Shown here: positions 20,101-28,503 of the stretch, piece by piece
How positions within the stretch are numbered: the stretch's first letter is position 1
Layout: each line of letters starts with the position of its first letter
From: Spirochaetia bacterium
GTDB taxonomy: Bacteria; Spirochaetota; Spirochaetia; WTKD01; G963693115
NCBI GenBank assembly: GCA_965226055.1
Contig: CBDDCA010000003.1
Coordinates: 98,076 to 162,075 of the forward strand
Direction of reading: 5' to 3'
Length of the DNA: 64,000 nt
Made by a program: the position numbers and the translations under genes
Notes under the pieces: generated by a model
What the model was told of the DNA's origin: nothing
What the model saw: only the letters and a program-made list of their open reading frames with translations
Databases searched by the model: none

Positions 20101-21774
20101 TTGGGTGCTTTTGTTTTCTGAGTAATCAAGCGTGAGTATTGTTATGGTGTATGTTTTGCCTTGCGTGAGTTCTTCGACAGAGAGTGATGTTGTGGGATAG
20201 GGTATTTTCTTCTCGCTCAGTACTGTGGTGCTTGTGCCTTTTTCTGCTATGCTTACGCTGTATTCTTTTATGTCTTTGTTATTGGCTTTTGTTGTATCGG
20301 GGGCTGTCCATGTTATCTGTGTGCCTATCTTTGCTGCTGATACAAAGGGATAGCTTGCTTGTATGCTTGTCACTGCATCGGGGGCGGTGCTATCTGCTGC
20401 GGTAGTGACTGTAACATTTTCTGCTGTTCCTTTGTTGCCTGCACTGTCCATTGATACGACTGCCACTGTATACTCGGTGGTTGCTTTGAGGCCTGTTATC
20501 TGCGTGTTGCGTACTGCTCTCTCTGTTATTGTTACTGTCTTTGCCGCGGTACTGCTGTCCTTTTCTGTTGCTGTTATAGTCACTCCTGCGTAGTCTCGTA
20601 CATCGGGGGCTTGCCAGCCTACTACTAGGCTTGTTGCTCCTCCTATGGCACTCACATTGCTTACAGGCTCTGTACTTTTGTCTGTTGTTGCTTGTTCTTT
20701 TGACACTGCAGTGGAGTACTTTCCGTTTTTAAAAACATACACTTCTACTTTGTAAGTAAGCGTGCCGTAGAGTTTTGTGAGGGCTATGCCATCTTTTGCT
20801 ACATACACAGTGGCGTACTCTTGATTGTCTGCACTTGCTCCGCTGACATTTGTTGCACTTGTATCTTTGTCTATTGTCTCCTCTGCTACTACTGTATTTG
20901 TTGCGGTTGCTATCACTCGTACTTGGAGACTTTTGTTTGAAAAGTCAAAGCTGTCATCTTTATCATCCCACATAATAAGCAGGCTTTCATCTGCTGGGCT
21001 ATTGCTTTTATCGTTTGCTGTTACTGTAAGATCTGCCTCTGGCAGTGGCGTTACTGTTTGTGAGAGTGCTGATGGCACTATGCCTCTGAGTGCTTGCTTT
21101 GCCGTACTTTCGTTACCGTTGCTATCTTTGTATACTACTACTATATCATAGCTTATGCCGTCTATCGTAGGGACAGCAATGCTCACTTCTCCTTGTGTTA
21201 CATCTTGTACGGATACTTCTGTCTTTACATTAGTAGTTTTTTCTATCACCTGTATTGTGGCTTCTGCTATGTCTGTTTTGCCTGACGAGAGCAGTGCTTT
21301 GTCCCATGTTAGCTTTATGCCATTTGTTGCTGATTCTACTGCTACTTGGGTAAAGGTGTCCTGTGGTGCAGTTTCATCGGTCAGTGTTGTCACAGAGCGA
21401 GTTGTTTTTGGTGATACTTCTGTGTCTGAGCCTGATTTTTGGGCTTCTATCTCTACAGTATAATCGGTAGTAGCATGCAAGCCTCTGAGTGTGTAGGGTC
21501 TGTTTTGTTGAAACAATGCACGATATTCTATTGCAGGAACACGCACCTGTATAGATTGTGCTGGCGCAGTTGATGTAGCTTTTACGACTACATGCGTGGC
21601 TTCGCTGGGAGCTTGCCAGCGTAACGAGAGCGTCCCATCGTTGCCTGCTGCTTGTATCTGCACATTGGACACTGATGCAAGTGTCGGGGTTACTGGCGTT
21701 CCCCCTCCGCCTGATGAGGAACTGCTGCTACTCTCCGAACATCCTACGAGTACGAGGGTAGTCATTGCTAGCAC
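17116..21774 (-). CDS. Large surface lipoprotein (paralog 1): FN3/Ig-like stalk plus C-terminal DUF285/BspA-type LRR repeats; true start probably ATG 21869, out of frame at a G15 tract
   Basis: Lipobox LVLVG-C; FN3-like motifs (LRWQAP, VGWQAP, ITWTAP, VSWTAP; ITGLKATTEYTVAV; LTNLTNGTTYEIVVQA); C-terminal FNQDIGxWxVxxVxxMxxMF 25-aa repeats. Confidence 0.85.
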   Translation of the reverse strand: MLAMTTLVLVGCSESSSSSSSGGGGTPVTPTLASVSNVQIQAAGNDGTLSLRWQAPSEATHVVVKATSTAPAQSIQVRVPAIEYRALFQQNRPYTLRGLHATTDYTVEIEAQKSGSDTEVSPKTTRSVTTLTDETAPQDTFTQVAVESATNGIKLTWDKALLSSGKTDIAEATIQVIEKTTNVKTEVSVQDVTQGEVSIAVPTIDGISYDIVVVYKDSNGNESTAKQALRGIVPSALSQTVTPLPEADLTVTANDKSNSPADESLLIMWDDKDDSFDFSNKSLQVRVIATATNTVVAEETIDKDTSATNVSGASADNQEYATVYVAKDGIALTKLYGTLTYKVEVYVFKNGKYSTAVSKEQATTDKSTEPVSNVSAIGGATSLVVGWQAPDVRDYAGVTITATEKDSSTAAKTVTITERAVRNTQITGLKATTEYTVAVVSMDSAGNKGTAENVTVTTAADSTAPDAVTSIQASYPFVSAAKIGTQITWTAPDTTKANNKDIKEYSVSIAEKGTSTTVLSEKKIPYPTTSLSVEELTQGKTYTITILTLDYSENKSTQATKDITTPNSLTAPSEDLFQSKPTLDTTGAIQIKATFKQAPGIGRYYTLRMKDGATLIAEKSITNTATTISFGIADGVEVPKSQANAKNYRFDFLQIANNRVSPVTALSDAVAVYDSTSTAPPAPKDAKLSIESVTQTTATAVYTFSVGTITNDNKAPSGAKLTQAQIQYKVYIVAGDHSTKTLDEIKALAGVQTRELAGDSTPLKATFIGTKGADYTAGVEAINSLNPLYSIGASVTIKKATLTAPPNTPKSTTYTNSNAVVFAVPTTGSNRGKKVITVQVNASAIAGVSKANGNALEATDLAYYVLYLKKEDTTGKPASVSALWATEKTSTRVAKYTKATGTTQDTISIAIVDSTSGSNAGATPIETAKDYYIGVRIVNTTSPNYDATNSDKLFPAGFYTDVTEIKEIYTSKAVAPSQSLLTGKLVVSQSTNTAGTIKLVLTELSTFTGAKDYDGTSITASNQLVYTVYGLQKDTDPTVAEVLAGRKVNLGSVSSGVYTVPALASLGLSSDTAPVVAVKGATKYYFVVEVAVKTDLSKKVASSTVASVTTASRATAPAEVSTIQTRVAQTGMRVSWTAPSLSASHKANTGATLTVAQVSYKVYKVAKGGSARNVTAIKQADSSPTTVAAGTTNTTLTNLTNGTTYEIVVQAVNSTDDTKASTGERHEFEVSAISIGNISIVSAEVGTALASNTTRVLASTPSGNAFTCDATILEADAKKIKKETGLTVSFDQSSKTVTITGIANKSNIRDTAITEYSYDVAQCTLTASKKKVPATIVIQTELRTAPSGKAATYYRPTTKSALQTIISEEKTRQGSGGNSNPSPNLNMIDTSAITNMNSLFDNDKTFNGDITRWNTSNVTDMGAMFAGAATFNQDIGAWDVGTVANMHSMFYNTFAFNQDIGNWNVSNLMNIGFMFASATAFNQDISNWDVQKVSASQSALFIFREASKFDQDLSSWKLCNRSRIDPNDFKGSAMEGKTAQYPKVAGSSACTS
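17512..19553. repeat. About 2.04-kb dispersed repeat, highly similar to 61957-64000 (shared stalk of lipoprotein paralogs 1 and 3)
   Basis: Long identical runs by direct comparison. The offset is 44445 at one end and 44447 at the other, explained by two 1-bp insertions in copy 3. Confidence 0.9.
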
Positions 21775-21821
21775 CCATGTCAGTGCAACTATAGTTAGGT
21801 TTTGCTTATATCGAGAGTGTA

Positions 21822-21836
21822 CCCCCCCCCCCCCCC
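21822..21836 (-). repeat. Homopolymeric G15 tract (C15 on +) in the signal-peptide coding region; candidate phase-variation switch
   Basis: Lies between the RBS-linked ATG (21869) and the lipobox. 15 G gives a stop after 24 codons; 13 or 16 G restores the frame. Confidence 0.85.
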
Positions 21837-21871
21837 GATTTTCACAGCTTGTAGATCTCTATGTATCATAA

Positions 21872-21918
21872 AGTCCTCCTTATGTTATTTAGTATAATAT
21901 ACGAATATTATTATAGCA
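21872..21918 (-). promoter_or_regulatory. Extended -10 promoter (TGCTATAAT) and AGGAGG RBS of lipoprotein paralog 1
   Basis: TGCTATAAT at 21910-21918 (minus); AGGAGG shortly before ATG 21869; identical TGCTATAAT upstream of paralog 2. Confidence 0.6.
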
Positions 21919-21971
21919 TATATGGTATTTTATATGTCTATAAAGTAAATGGTACGCATCTCTATGTATTA

Positions 21972-24900
21972 CTATGACTTACATTCTTTACTATTTATGT
22001 CCTTTGGGTACTGTGCTGTTTTTCCTGCCATAGCTGAATCTGAGAAATCAAAACTGTCAAGGAATACCTTACACAATCTCCATGATGATAAATTTTGATC
22101 AAATGCAGAGGCTTTTTCAAACGCAGCAGCAAAACTATTAACATTCCTTACATTCCAATTTCCTATGTCTTGATTAAAGGTATTTGCTCTATTAAACATT
22201 GCAAACATCTCCCTTACATTATTCACATTCCAATTTCCTATGTCTTGATTAAAGGCACTTGCTCTCGTAAACATTGAAAACATATTCCTTACATTACTGG
22301 TATTCCACTGTGTTATGTCTCCATTAAAAGTACTATCGTTATCAAATAAATTACTCATATCAGTGATAGCACTGGTATCTATCATGTTGAGGTTGGGGCT
22401 ATTGGTATTTTGCCTCCCTTCTCCTCTTTCTGCACTGATAATAGCCTTAAGCTGTTTCTTTGTTACTGGTCTGTAATAGGTAGCTTTTTCTCCTGATGGA
22501 GCTACTTTTAGCTCTGTTTTTATGATAATGCTTGCGGGTACTCTTTTATTCGAAGCGGTAATTGTACACTGTACTACGTCATAGCTATAGTTAGTAATAG
22601 CAAGATCATGTACATTAGATTTATTTGCTATGCCTGATATGGTAATTGTTTTGCTACTCTGTTCAAACTGTACTGCTAAGCCTGTTTCTTCTTTGATTTT
22701 TTTGCTATCTGCCTCCCGTATATTAACATCACAGGTAAATGCAACGCCACTGGGACTGCTTACTAACCTTCTTGTAGTATGTGCTGATCTTGGGGCTTTG
22801 CCTACTTCTGCTGAAACCTCCATAGTGTTTCCTATAATCACTGCTGACATTTCAAATTCGTATCGTAGTCCAGTTGATTCTTTTGTCATATCGGTGCTGT
22901 TTACTGCTTGCACGACTATTTCATAGGTTACTCCGTTTGTCAATCCTGTCAAGGTAGTGTTTGTTGTTCCTACTGCTACTGTTTTGGGGCTTGAGTCTGC
23001 TGCTTTTATCTGTGCTATGCTTCTTGTGTTACCACTCTTAGCAATGCTATATACTTTGTACGATACTTGTGCAGCTGTTAAAGTATCGCCCGTATCTTCC
23101 TTGTGACTTGCGCTGAGGTTTGGGGCTGTCCACGATACTCTCATGCCTATTGGAGTTGCTCTTGTTTGTATGTTTCTTACTTCTGCTGGAGCAGTCGCTA
23201 GCGATGTAGTTGTTACGCTTGCTACTGATGAAGAAGCTACTTTTTTGCTAGGATCTGCTTTTATTGCCACTTCCAATACAAAGTGATACTTTGTAGCTCC
23301 TTTTATTGCTATCACTGGTGCGGTGTCTGAAGATAAGCCTAAACTGGCAAGGACTGGTACTGTGTACATTCCGCTACTTGCACTGCCTATGTTTATCTTT
23401 CTGCCTGCAAGCACTTCTGCTACCGTAGGAGTTGTATCTTTCTGCAAGCCGTACACAGTGTACACAAGCTGTGCATCTGTTGTTATATCTTTGCCATCGT
23501 AGTCTTTTGCTCCCGTAAATATGTTTAGCTGGGTGAGCCTCAGATTTATTTTCCCTGCTGTGCTTGTTGACGGTGATACTACTAGCTTTCCTGTGAGTAA
23601 TGACTGATTGAGGGCTACTGCCTTCGAAGTATAGACTTCCTTTATTTCTGTTATATCAGTGTAAAAGCCTGCAGGAAAGAGCTTGTCAATATTTGATGCA
23701 TCGTAATCAGAGGATGTTGTGTTTACTATCCGCACTCCTATATAGTAGTCTTTTGCTGTTTCTATAGGTGTTGCTCCTGCATTGCTTCCACTGATACTGT
23801 CTACTATTGGTATTTGTATAGTCGCTTGATTTGTCACTCCTGTTGCTTTTGTGTACTTTGCTACTTTTACTGCTGTATTTGAATGGCTTTTTTCCACTGC
23901 CCATAAGGCTGATACATTTGCAGGCTTTTGGCTTGTGTCTTCTTTTTTGAGATACAGCACATAGTATGCAAGATCAGTTGCTTTAAGAGGAGTACCGTCT
24001 GCTTTACGCACCCCTGCTGTGGCTGAGGCACTTACCTGTACTGTAATGATTTTTTTTCCTGCATTGCCTCCTGTGGTAGGCACTGAAAATACTACAGCAT
24101 TATTGCTAGTGTATGTTGTTATTTTTGGTGTTGTTGGTGGAGGAGTGAGCGTTTTTGTTATTATTGTTCCTGATGCTCCTGCAATGCTATAGGAGGGACT
24201 GAGGCTGTTTATAGTTTCTACTCCTGCGGTATATACTGCTCCTTTTGTTCCTATAAATTTTACTTGTAATGGGGTGCTGTTTCCTGCTAGCTCTCTTTTT
24301 TGTACTCCTGCAAGGGCTTTTATTTCTTCTAGTGTCTTTGTGCTGTGATCTCCTTCTGCTATGTACACTTTGTATTGTATCTGTGCCTGTGTAAGTTTGC
24401 TTCCATTAGGAGCTTTGTTATCAATAGTAATGTCTCCTGCACTAAACTCGTAGACTGCTGTTGCAGTTGTTTGTGTTGCTGAAATTACAGAGAGCTTTGC
24501 GTCCTTGGGAGCAGGCGGTGCTGTTGAAGTATCATCGTATACTGCTACTGTACCAGCAAGAGAGGTTATGAATCTTACTATATTATTTTCTATTTGCAGA
24601 AAGATAAAGCGATACTCCTTCTTTGTTGCTTCTGTCTTGGGTACTTCTAAACCATCTGCTATGCCAAAGCTAATGGTGGTATCTGTTCCTGTTATGCTCT
24701 TGTCTGCTATTGAGTTTTTACTATAGCTAATGGTGGTATCTGTTCCTGCTGTGCTTTTGTCTGCTATTAAGTTTTTGCTATCGTACATAAGCAAGGTATA
24801 GTATCTTCCCACGCCAGGAGCTGTCTTAAAGGTTGCTTTTATCTGTACTGCTCCTGTTTTGTCTAAGCTAGGTTTGTTTTGAAAGATATCTTCTGATGGG

Positions 24901-25058
24901 GCTATAGGTTTAAGAGGAGGGTTAGGAGTCTGTATATCTGTGGTAGTTACTGTTTCTGTACATCCTAGCACAAAAAGCGTAGCCACTACTAGCAAGCATG
25001 CCAGCGTAACTGTAGTTATTCTTTGCAAAATCAAGGTACACCTCCTCAATTTTTTCAT
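21972..25058 (-). CDS. Surface lipoprotein (paralog 2): shorter FN3/Ig-like stalk plus C-terminal DUF285/BspA-type repeats
   Basis: Signal peptide ending LFVLG-C; colinear with paralog 1 from APSED onward; C-terminal FNQDIGNWNV repeats. Alternative start TTG 25034 after AGGAGG. Confidence 0.85.
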   Translation of the reverse strand: MKKLRRCTLILQRITTVTLACLLVVATLFVLGCTETVTTTDIQTPNPPLKPIAPSEDIFQNKPSLDKTGAVQIKATFKTAPGVGRYYTLLMYDSKNLIADKSTAGTDTTISYSKNSIADKSITGTDTTISFGIADGLEVPKTEATKKEYRFIFLQIENNIVRFITSLAGTVAVYDDTSTAPPAPKDAKLSVISATQTTATAVYEFSAGDITIDNKAPNGSKLTQAQIQYKVYIAEGDHSTKTLEEIKALAGVQKRELAGNSTPLQVKFIGTKGAVYTAGVETINSLSPSYSIAGASGTIITKTLTPPPTTPKITTYTSNNAVVFSVPTTGGNAGKKIITVQVSASATAGVRKADGTPLKATDLAYYVLYLKKEDTSQKPANVSALWAVEKSHSNTAVKVAKYTKATGVTNQATIQIPIVDSISGSNAGATPIETAKDYYIGVRIVNTTSSDYDASNIDKLFPAGFYTDITEIKEVYTSKAVALNQSLLTGKLVVSPSTSTAGKINLRLTQLNIFTGAKDYDGKDITTDAQLVYTVYGLQKDTTPTVAEVLAGRKINIGSASSGMYTVPVLASLGLSSDTAPVIAIKGATKYHFVLEVAIKADPSKKVASSSVASVTTTSLATAPAEVRNIQTRATPIGMRVSWTAPNLSASHKEDTGDTLTAAQVSYKVYSIAKSGNTRSIAQIKAADSSPKTVAVGTTNTTLTGLTNGVTYEIVVQAVNSTDMTKESTGLRYEFEMSAVIIGNTMEVSAEVGKAPRSAHTTRRLVSSPSGVAFTCDVNIREADSKKIKEETGLAVQFEQSSKTITISGIANKSNVHDLAITNYSYDVVQCTITASNKRVPASIIIKTELKVAPSGEKATYYRPVTKKQLKAIISAERGEGRQNTNSPNLNMIDTSAITDMSNLFDNDSTFNGDITQWNTSNVRNMFSMFTRASAFNQDIGNWNVNNVREMFAMFNRANTFNQDIGNWNVRNVNSFAAAFEKASAFDQNLSSWRLCKVFLDSFDFSDSAMAGKTAQYPKDINSKECKS
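24668..24781. repeat. Imperfect 57-bp (19-codon) tandem duplication inside lipoprotein paralog 2
   Basis: SKNLIADKSTAGTDTTISY / SKNSIADKSITGTDTTISF; single copy in paralog 1. Confidence 0.85.
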
Positions 25059-25125
25059 GCTTTATAGCTACTATTTATAGCCAATATTCATAATAATATA
25101 CTCCTCACTCCTTATTTTATTACTT

Positions 25126-25134
25126 ATTATAGCA
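25126..25134 (-). promoter_or_regulatory. Extended -10 promoter of lipoprotein paralog 2
   Basis: TGCTATAAT on the minus strand, followed by AAGGAGTGAGGAG. Confidence 0.5.
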
Positions 25135-25142
25135 TAAAAAAA

Positions 25143-26111
25143 TTATAATAGAAAGGGTACAAACAAAAAATTTTCAGTTAATAATTCAGCATTTCTATCA
25201 AACATTGTAATGAGAGAATATACATACCATTTCTCATACATTAGATTCTCAGTATTGATATCTTCTATATACTTATACAATGATAACAACATACGATTAA
25301 ACTCCATTACATTCAAGTCTAAAAGAGATTCCTGATAAGAATACACTAAGTCAATCATACGAGATATATCAGTATATTCATAGGTAGGATACACTGATGC
25401 GAGGTAATTATTGATATGAGTCATTGCCATAGACAAAGCGTATAACAACAGCTCAATACCTTTTTCCTGCTGACCAGCACTGATATAATAAATGCCAAGC
25501 TCACGGAACGCATAGAACGATGAATCAAAATCAACCTTTACAAATACATGTATATCGTCTAATCCATCTTCTACTAAGATTTTTTTTAGTACATCTAAAT
25601 CATTTGTAAACAATGCTTCTTTTTCTTGAACAATCTCTTGTAGCATAGCAACAAAGGACTCTTCATTTTCTTCAAAAAAATAAAGCAGTGCTAAACGATA
25701 GCGTACTATATTTCTAGCATCATAGTGCAAGGTAGGGAGAGTATCATACAAAATAGTGTAATAATTTTTTGCATTGATAAGATCACCAAGTAAAAAATAA
25801 ACATTAGCTACTCCCAACAGAGCAGTTCTATTTTCTTTATTTTTTTGGTAAGCTGATACATACAGCTCTAAGGCCTTAAGAAATTTTTTACTTTCAATAT
25901 AAATGTTTGCTTGCTGAAATTGCTTTGCTTGCTGATACTCCATTACACTTATCGTGTCGTCCTCTTTTTGAAAAAAAAGAAGTGGATCTTTTAGCAATAA
26001 ATTTTCAACCCAATGCTCCTCTGTCTGACCAAAGAGAGAATTTTGGGCAGTAAGAGACATAATTGCTATACCAATAAGCAACATATATTTCTTTATCTGC
26101 ACTAATAGCAT
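25143..26111 (-). CDS. Tetratricopeptide-repeat protein with N-terminal signal/TM segment
   Basis: Helical TPR-like segments (ALLGVANVYFLLGDLINAKNYY; AFRELGIYYISAGQQEKGIELL). Start uncertain (26111-26120). Confidence 0.65.
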   Translation of the reverse strand: MLLVQIKKYMLLIGIAIMSLTAQNSLFGQTEEHWVENLLLKDPLLFFQKEDDTISVMEYQQAKQFQQANIYIESKKFLKALELYVSAYQKNKENRTALLGVANVYFLLGDLINAKNYYTILYDTLPTLHYDARNIVRYRLALLYFFEENEESFVAMLQEIVQEKEALFTNDLDVLKKILVEDGLDDIHVFVKVDFDSSFYAFRELGIYYISAGQQEKGIELLLYALSMAMTHINNYLASVYPTYEYTDISRMIDLVYSYQESLLDLNVMEFNRMLLSLYKYIEDINTENLMYEKWYVYSLITMFDRNAELLTENFLFVPFLL

Positions 26112-26136
26112 ACTGCCCAAACCCTAAGTATTGCAA

Positions 26137-26165
26137 TGTGATAATACATATGATATATTATCACA
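26137..26165. terminator. Hairpin downstream of V-ATPase subunit K
   Basis: TGTGATAATA...TATTATCACA inverted repeat 22 bp after the atpK stop. Confidence 0.4.
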
Positions 26166-26187
26166 AACAATTAACAAAATGTTACTG

Positions 26188-26622
26188 CTATGAAATTATT
26201 GAAAACAAGAATACCATTACAAATAATGCAACTGATTCAATCAATCCAAGCACAATAATATAATTAGTAAATCCTTTCCCTGTTTTTGCAAAAGCATCCG
26301 ATGCTGCAGCTGCGGCTTTTCCTTGATACCAAGCTGAACATCCCATAGCCAAACCTCCTAAAAGTCCAGCACCTAATATTTGTCCTGATGCAACAGAACC
26401 AACAGCGGCTACTAATGCATTCATTAAAATAAGACCATAAAACGTTTGTGTCAATGGTGCACCAATGAAAGCAAAAAGAAGAAACGGTATTTTTTCATTT
26501 TGCAAATAACAACGTTTCCAAGCACCTACTGCAGATACACCAGCAGAACCAATTCCTAATGCTGAACCTGCTGCTGCTAAACAAAGAGCTGCTGCAACTC
26601 CTACTAAACCAAAATTATCCAT
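26188..26622 (-). CDS. atpK: V/A-type ATP synthase subunit K (rotor c-subunit)
   Basis: Four TM helices, GSALGIG, APLTQTFYG, WYQG, GLIESVALF. Confidence 0.93.
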   Translation of the reverse strand: MDNFGLVGVAAALCLAAAGSALGIGSAGVSAVGAWKRCYLQNEKIPFLLFAFIGAPLTQTFYGLILMNALVAAVGSVASGQILGAGLLGGLAMGCSAWYQGKAAAAASDAFAKTGKGFTNYIIVLGLIESVALFVMVFLFSIIS

Positions 26623-26646
26623 TCATATCCTCCAGATTAATTTTTT

Positions 26647-28500
26647 TTATTTTTTTCTAAACGGTGAATAAACTCTTCCACTCCATTCCATTCCAATGTG
26701 CATACCAAATTCAAGTATATTTAATCGTACACCATGAATGATAATAGCTAATAATCCCATTGCAAGATTGAAAGTATGAGCAAATATAAGCACTGCTACC
26801 CCTCCAACATATCCCATAACAGTACCAGAACTCATAATTGATTGTGCCATATCATTGAAAGCACTTGCAATTGAAAGTGACGCTAACCCTACAGCAAATA
26901 AACGAATATAAGAAATAATATCCGCAAAATTCCCTAAACTATCAAGGGCATGTAATAAAATTTTCGCTATTCCAATACCAATACCTACAAAAAAATTATG
27001 ATTAGGACTTTGATCTGCAGATATTACTACTAATACAAAACCAACAATAATATAAGCAAGGGCATACGAAGGAAAAGGAAAAGCCTCTGCTCCAAGTAAT
27101 AGAGTAAGCACTAGATGATACAAACCATATATCATAACGCCAGATCCTAAATGATTTATAACAAAAAATATATCCTTTAAGCGTATACCACGAATAATGC
27201 CCCAAAAATGAGCAATACATAAATGAATAAGCCCAACAGTAAAAGCAAAATACCATATATTTTGTGCACTATTTGGATTAGTAATAGCTATAGCAGGCAC
27301 TACAAAATAAGACAAAACGCCAGTTTCTGCAAATGGAGCATAGCCAAACCAATTTCCTGACATTGCTCCCCATGCTATAGTGGCAAAAGAGTTCCATAAA
27401 AGAAACAGTAAGGTGAGGTTTGTTATATCATTTCGCTGTTTTATAAGAAGAAAACCCATAAGAGAACTTATCAATAATACTATCCCATATCCAGCATCCC
27501 CTATAATCATACCAAAGAAAAGCGTGAGAGCAAGCAGAAACATACCGCTTATGTCAAACTCTTTGTATCCAGGCACTGTGTCCATCAGCTTAAATAAAGG
27601 CTTCATAATTCTAATAGGCGGCAAATTTTTCTGTTTCGTAGGAACATCATCTTCATCTTTTACTTCATCAATGACTACCCCTAATTTATGCTTACGACAA
27701 AAAGAATAGAAAGAATCACATTCTGCTTGAGGGATAAACCCTTCAATTACCAGAATGGTATCATATTGTTTTGCTTCATTCTGTACTGATAAAATAGAAA
27801 TTTCATTTTCTAATGCTATTTTCATATCTAACAATGTTTGCTTATACACAGAATACGCAAAAATCTTCTCTTGCACAATTCCCATTGCATTAGAAATATC
27901 AAGTATTTTAGTATGTAATTCATGAGGAGAAAAATCCGATATTATACATTCTTCCCATTGAGAAGGAGGAGAAAAAGCATCTTTTTCAGTAGACACTACT
28001 AAACAGTACATGTAATCTTTTTTCTTAAAAAGATCAAAGCAAGTATAGTGCATAGTGTGTTTTTCTCTCTTCTTATTTTGTTTATCAGTTGCAGAATAAC
28101 AATACACATTGCAAAAGACATTATTTTCTCTCAGATATGCTATATCTTTTGCCGAAACTTCCCCATAAGGCTGCATTTCTCCAATAGTGTTATTGTGCTC
28201 CTCATACTGCTCTTTCAGTGTACGTAACTCCTGTGCATGCTGTAGTACCTGTTCAATAACACCATCATCTAATGATTGCAACTGTGCTTTTACGCTTGTG
28301 CTTTCCTGTGCATCTGTAGATTCAAGTATATCAAGTACTTGACATACATCATTATATTTTTTTACTACACTGCTATGTGTTGCATCACTTATTGTATTAT
28401 ATGCAATATCCACTAAGCCATACTCTTGTAGTTTAGATAAGTAGTTATTTGCATCATGAGAAGTGAAGATGATGTTGACTTTTTTCATTTTCTCTATCAT
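26647..28500 (-). CDS. atpI: V/A-type ATP synthase subunit I
   Basis: VPT..N, PGYKEFD, FFGMIIGDAGYG, DIISYIRLFAVGLA, HGVRLNILEF. Confidence 0.93.
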   Translation of the reverse strand: MIEKMKKVNIIFTSHDANNYLSKLQEYGLVDIAYNTISDATHSSVVKKYNDVCQVLDILESTDAQESTSVKAQLQSLDDGVIEQVLQHAQELRTLKEQYEEHNNTIGEMQPYGEVSAKDIAYLRENNVFCNVYCYSATDKQNKKREKHTMHYTCFDLFKKKDYMYCLVVSTEKDAFSPPSQWEECIISDFSPHELHTKILDISNAMGIVQEKIFAYSVYKQTLLDMKIALENEISILSVQNEAKQYDTILVIEGFIPQAECDSFYSFCRKHKLGVVIDEVKDEDDVPTKQKNLPPIRIMKPLFKLMDTVPGYKEFDISGMFLLALTLFFGMIIGDAGYGIVLLISSLMGFLLIKQRNDITNLTLLFLLWNSFATIAWGAMSGNWFGYAPFAETGVLSYFVVPAIAITNPNSAQNIWYFAFTVGLIHLCIAHFWGIIRGIRLKDIFFVINHLGSGVMIYGLYHLVLTLLLGAEAFPFPSYALAYIIVGFVLVVISADQSPNHNFFVGIGIGIAKILLHALDSLGNFADIISYIRLFAVGLASLSIASAFNDMAQSIMSSGTVMGYVGGVAVLIFAHTFNLAMGLLAIIIHGVRLNILEFGMHIGMEWSGRVYSPFRKK

Positions 28501-28503
28501 AAG

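Noticed and set aside
17933-23904. Numerous short antisense or alternative-frame ORFs inside the lipoprotein genes (and similar ones inside other genes)
   Set aside because: By-products of biased codon usage on the coding strand; they overlap well-supported genes and lack RBS or motifs.
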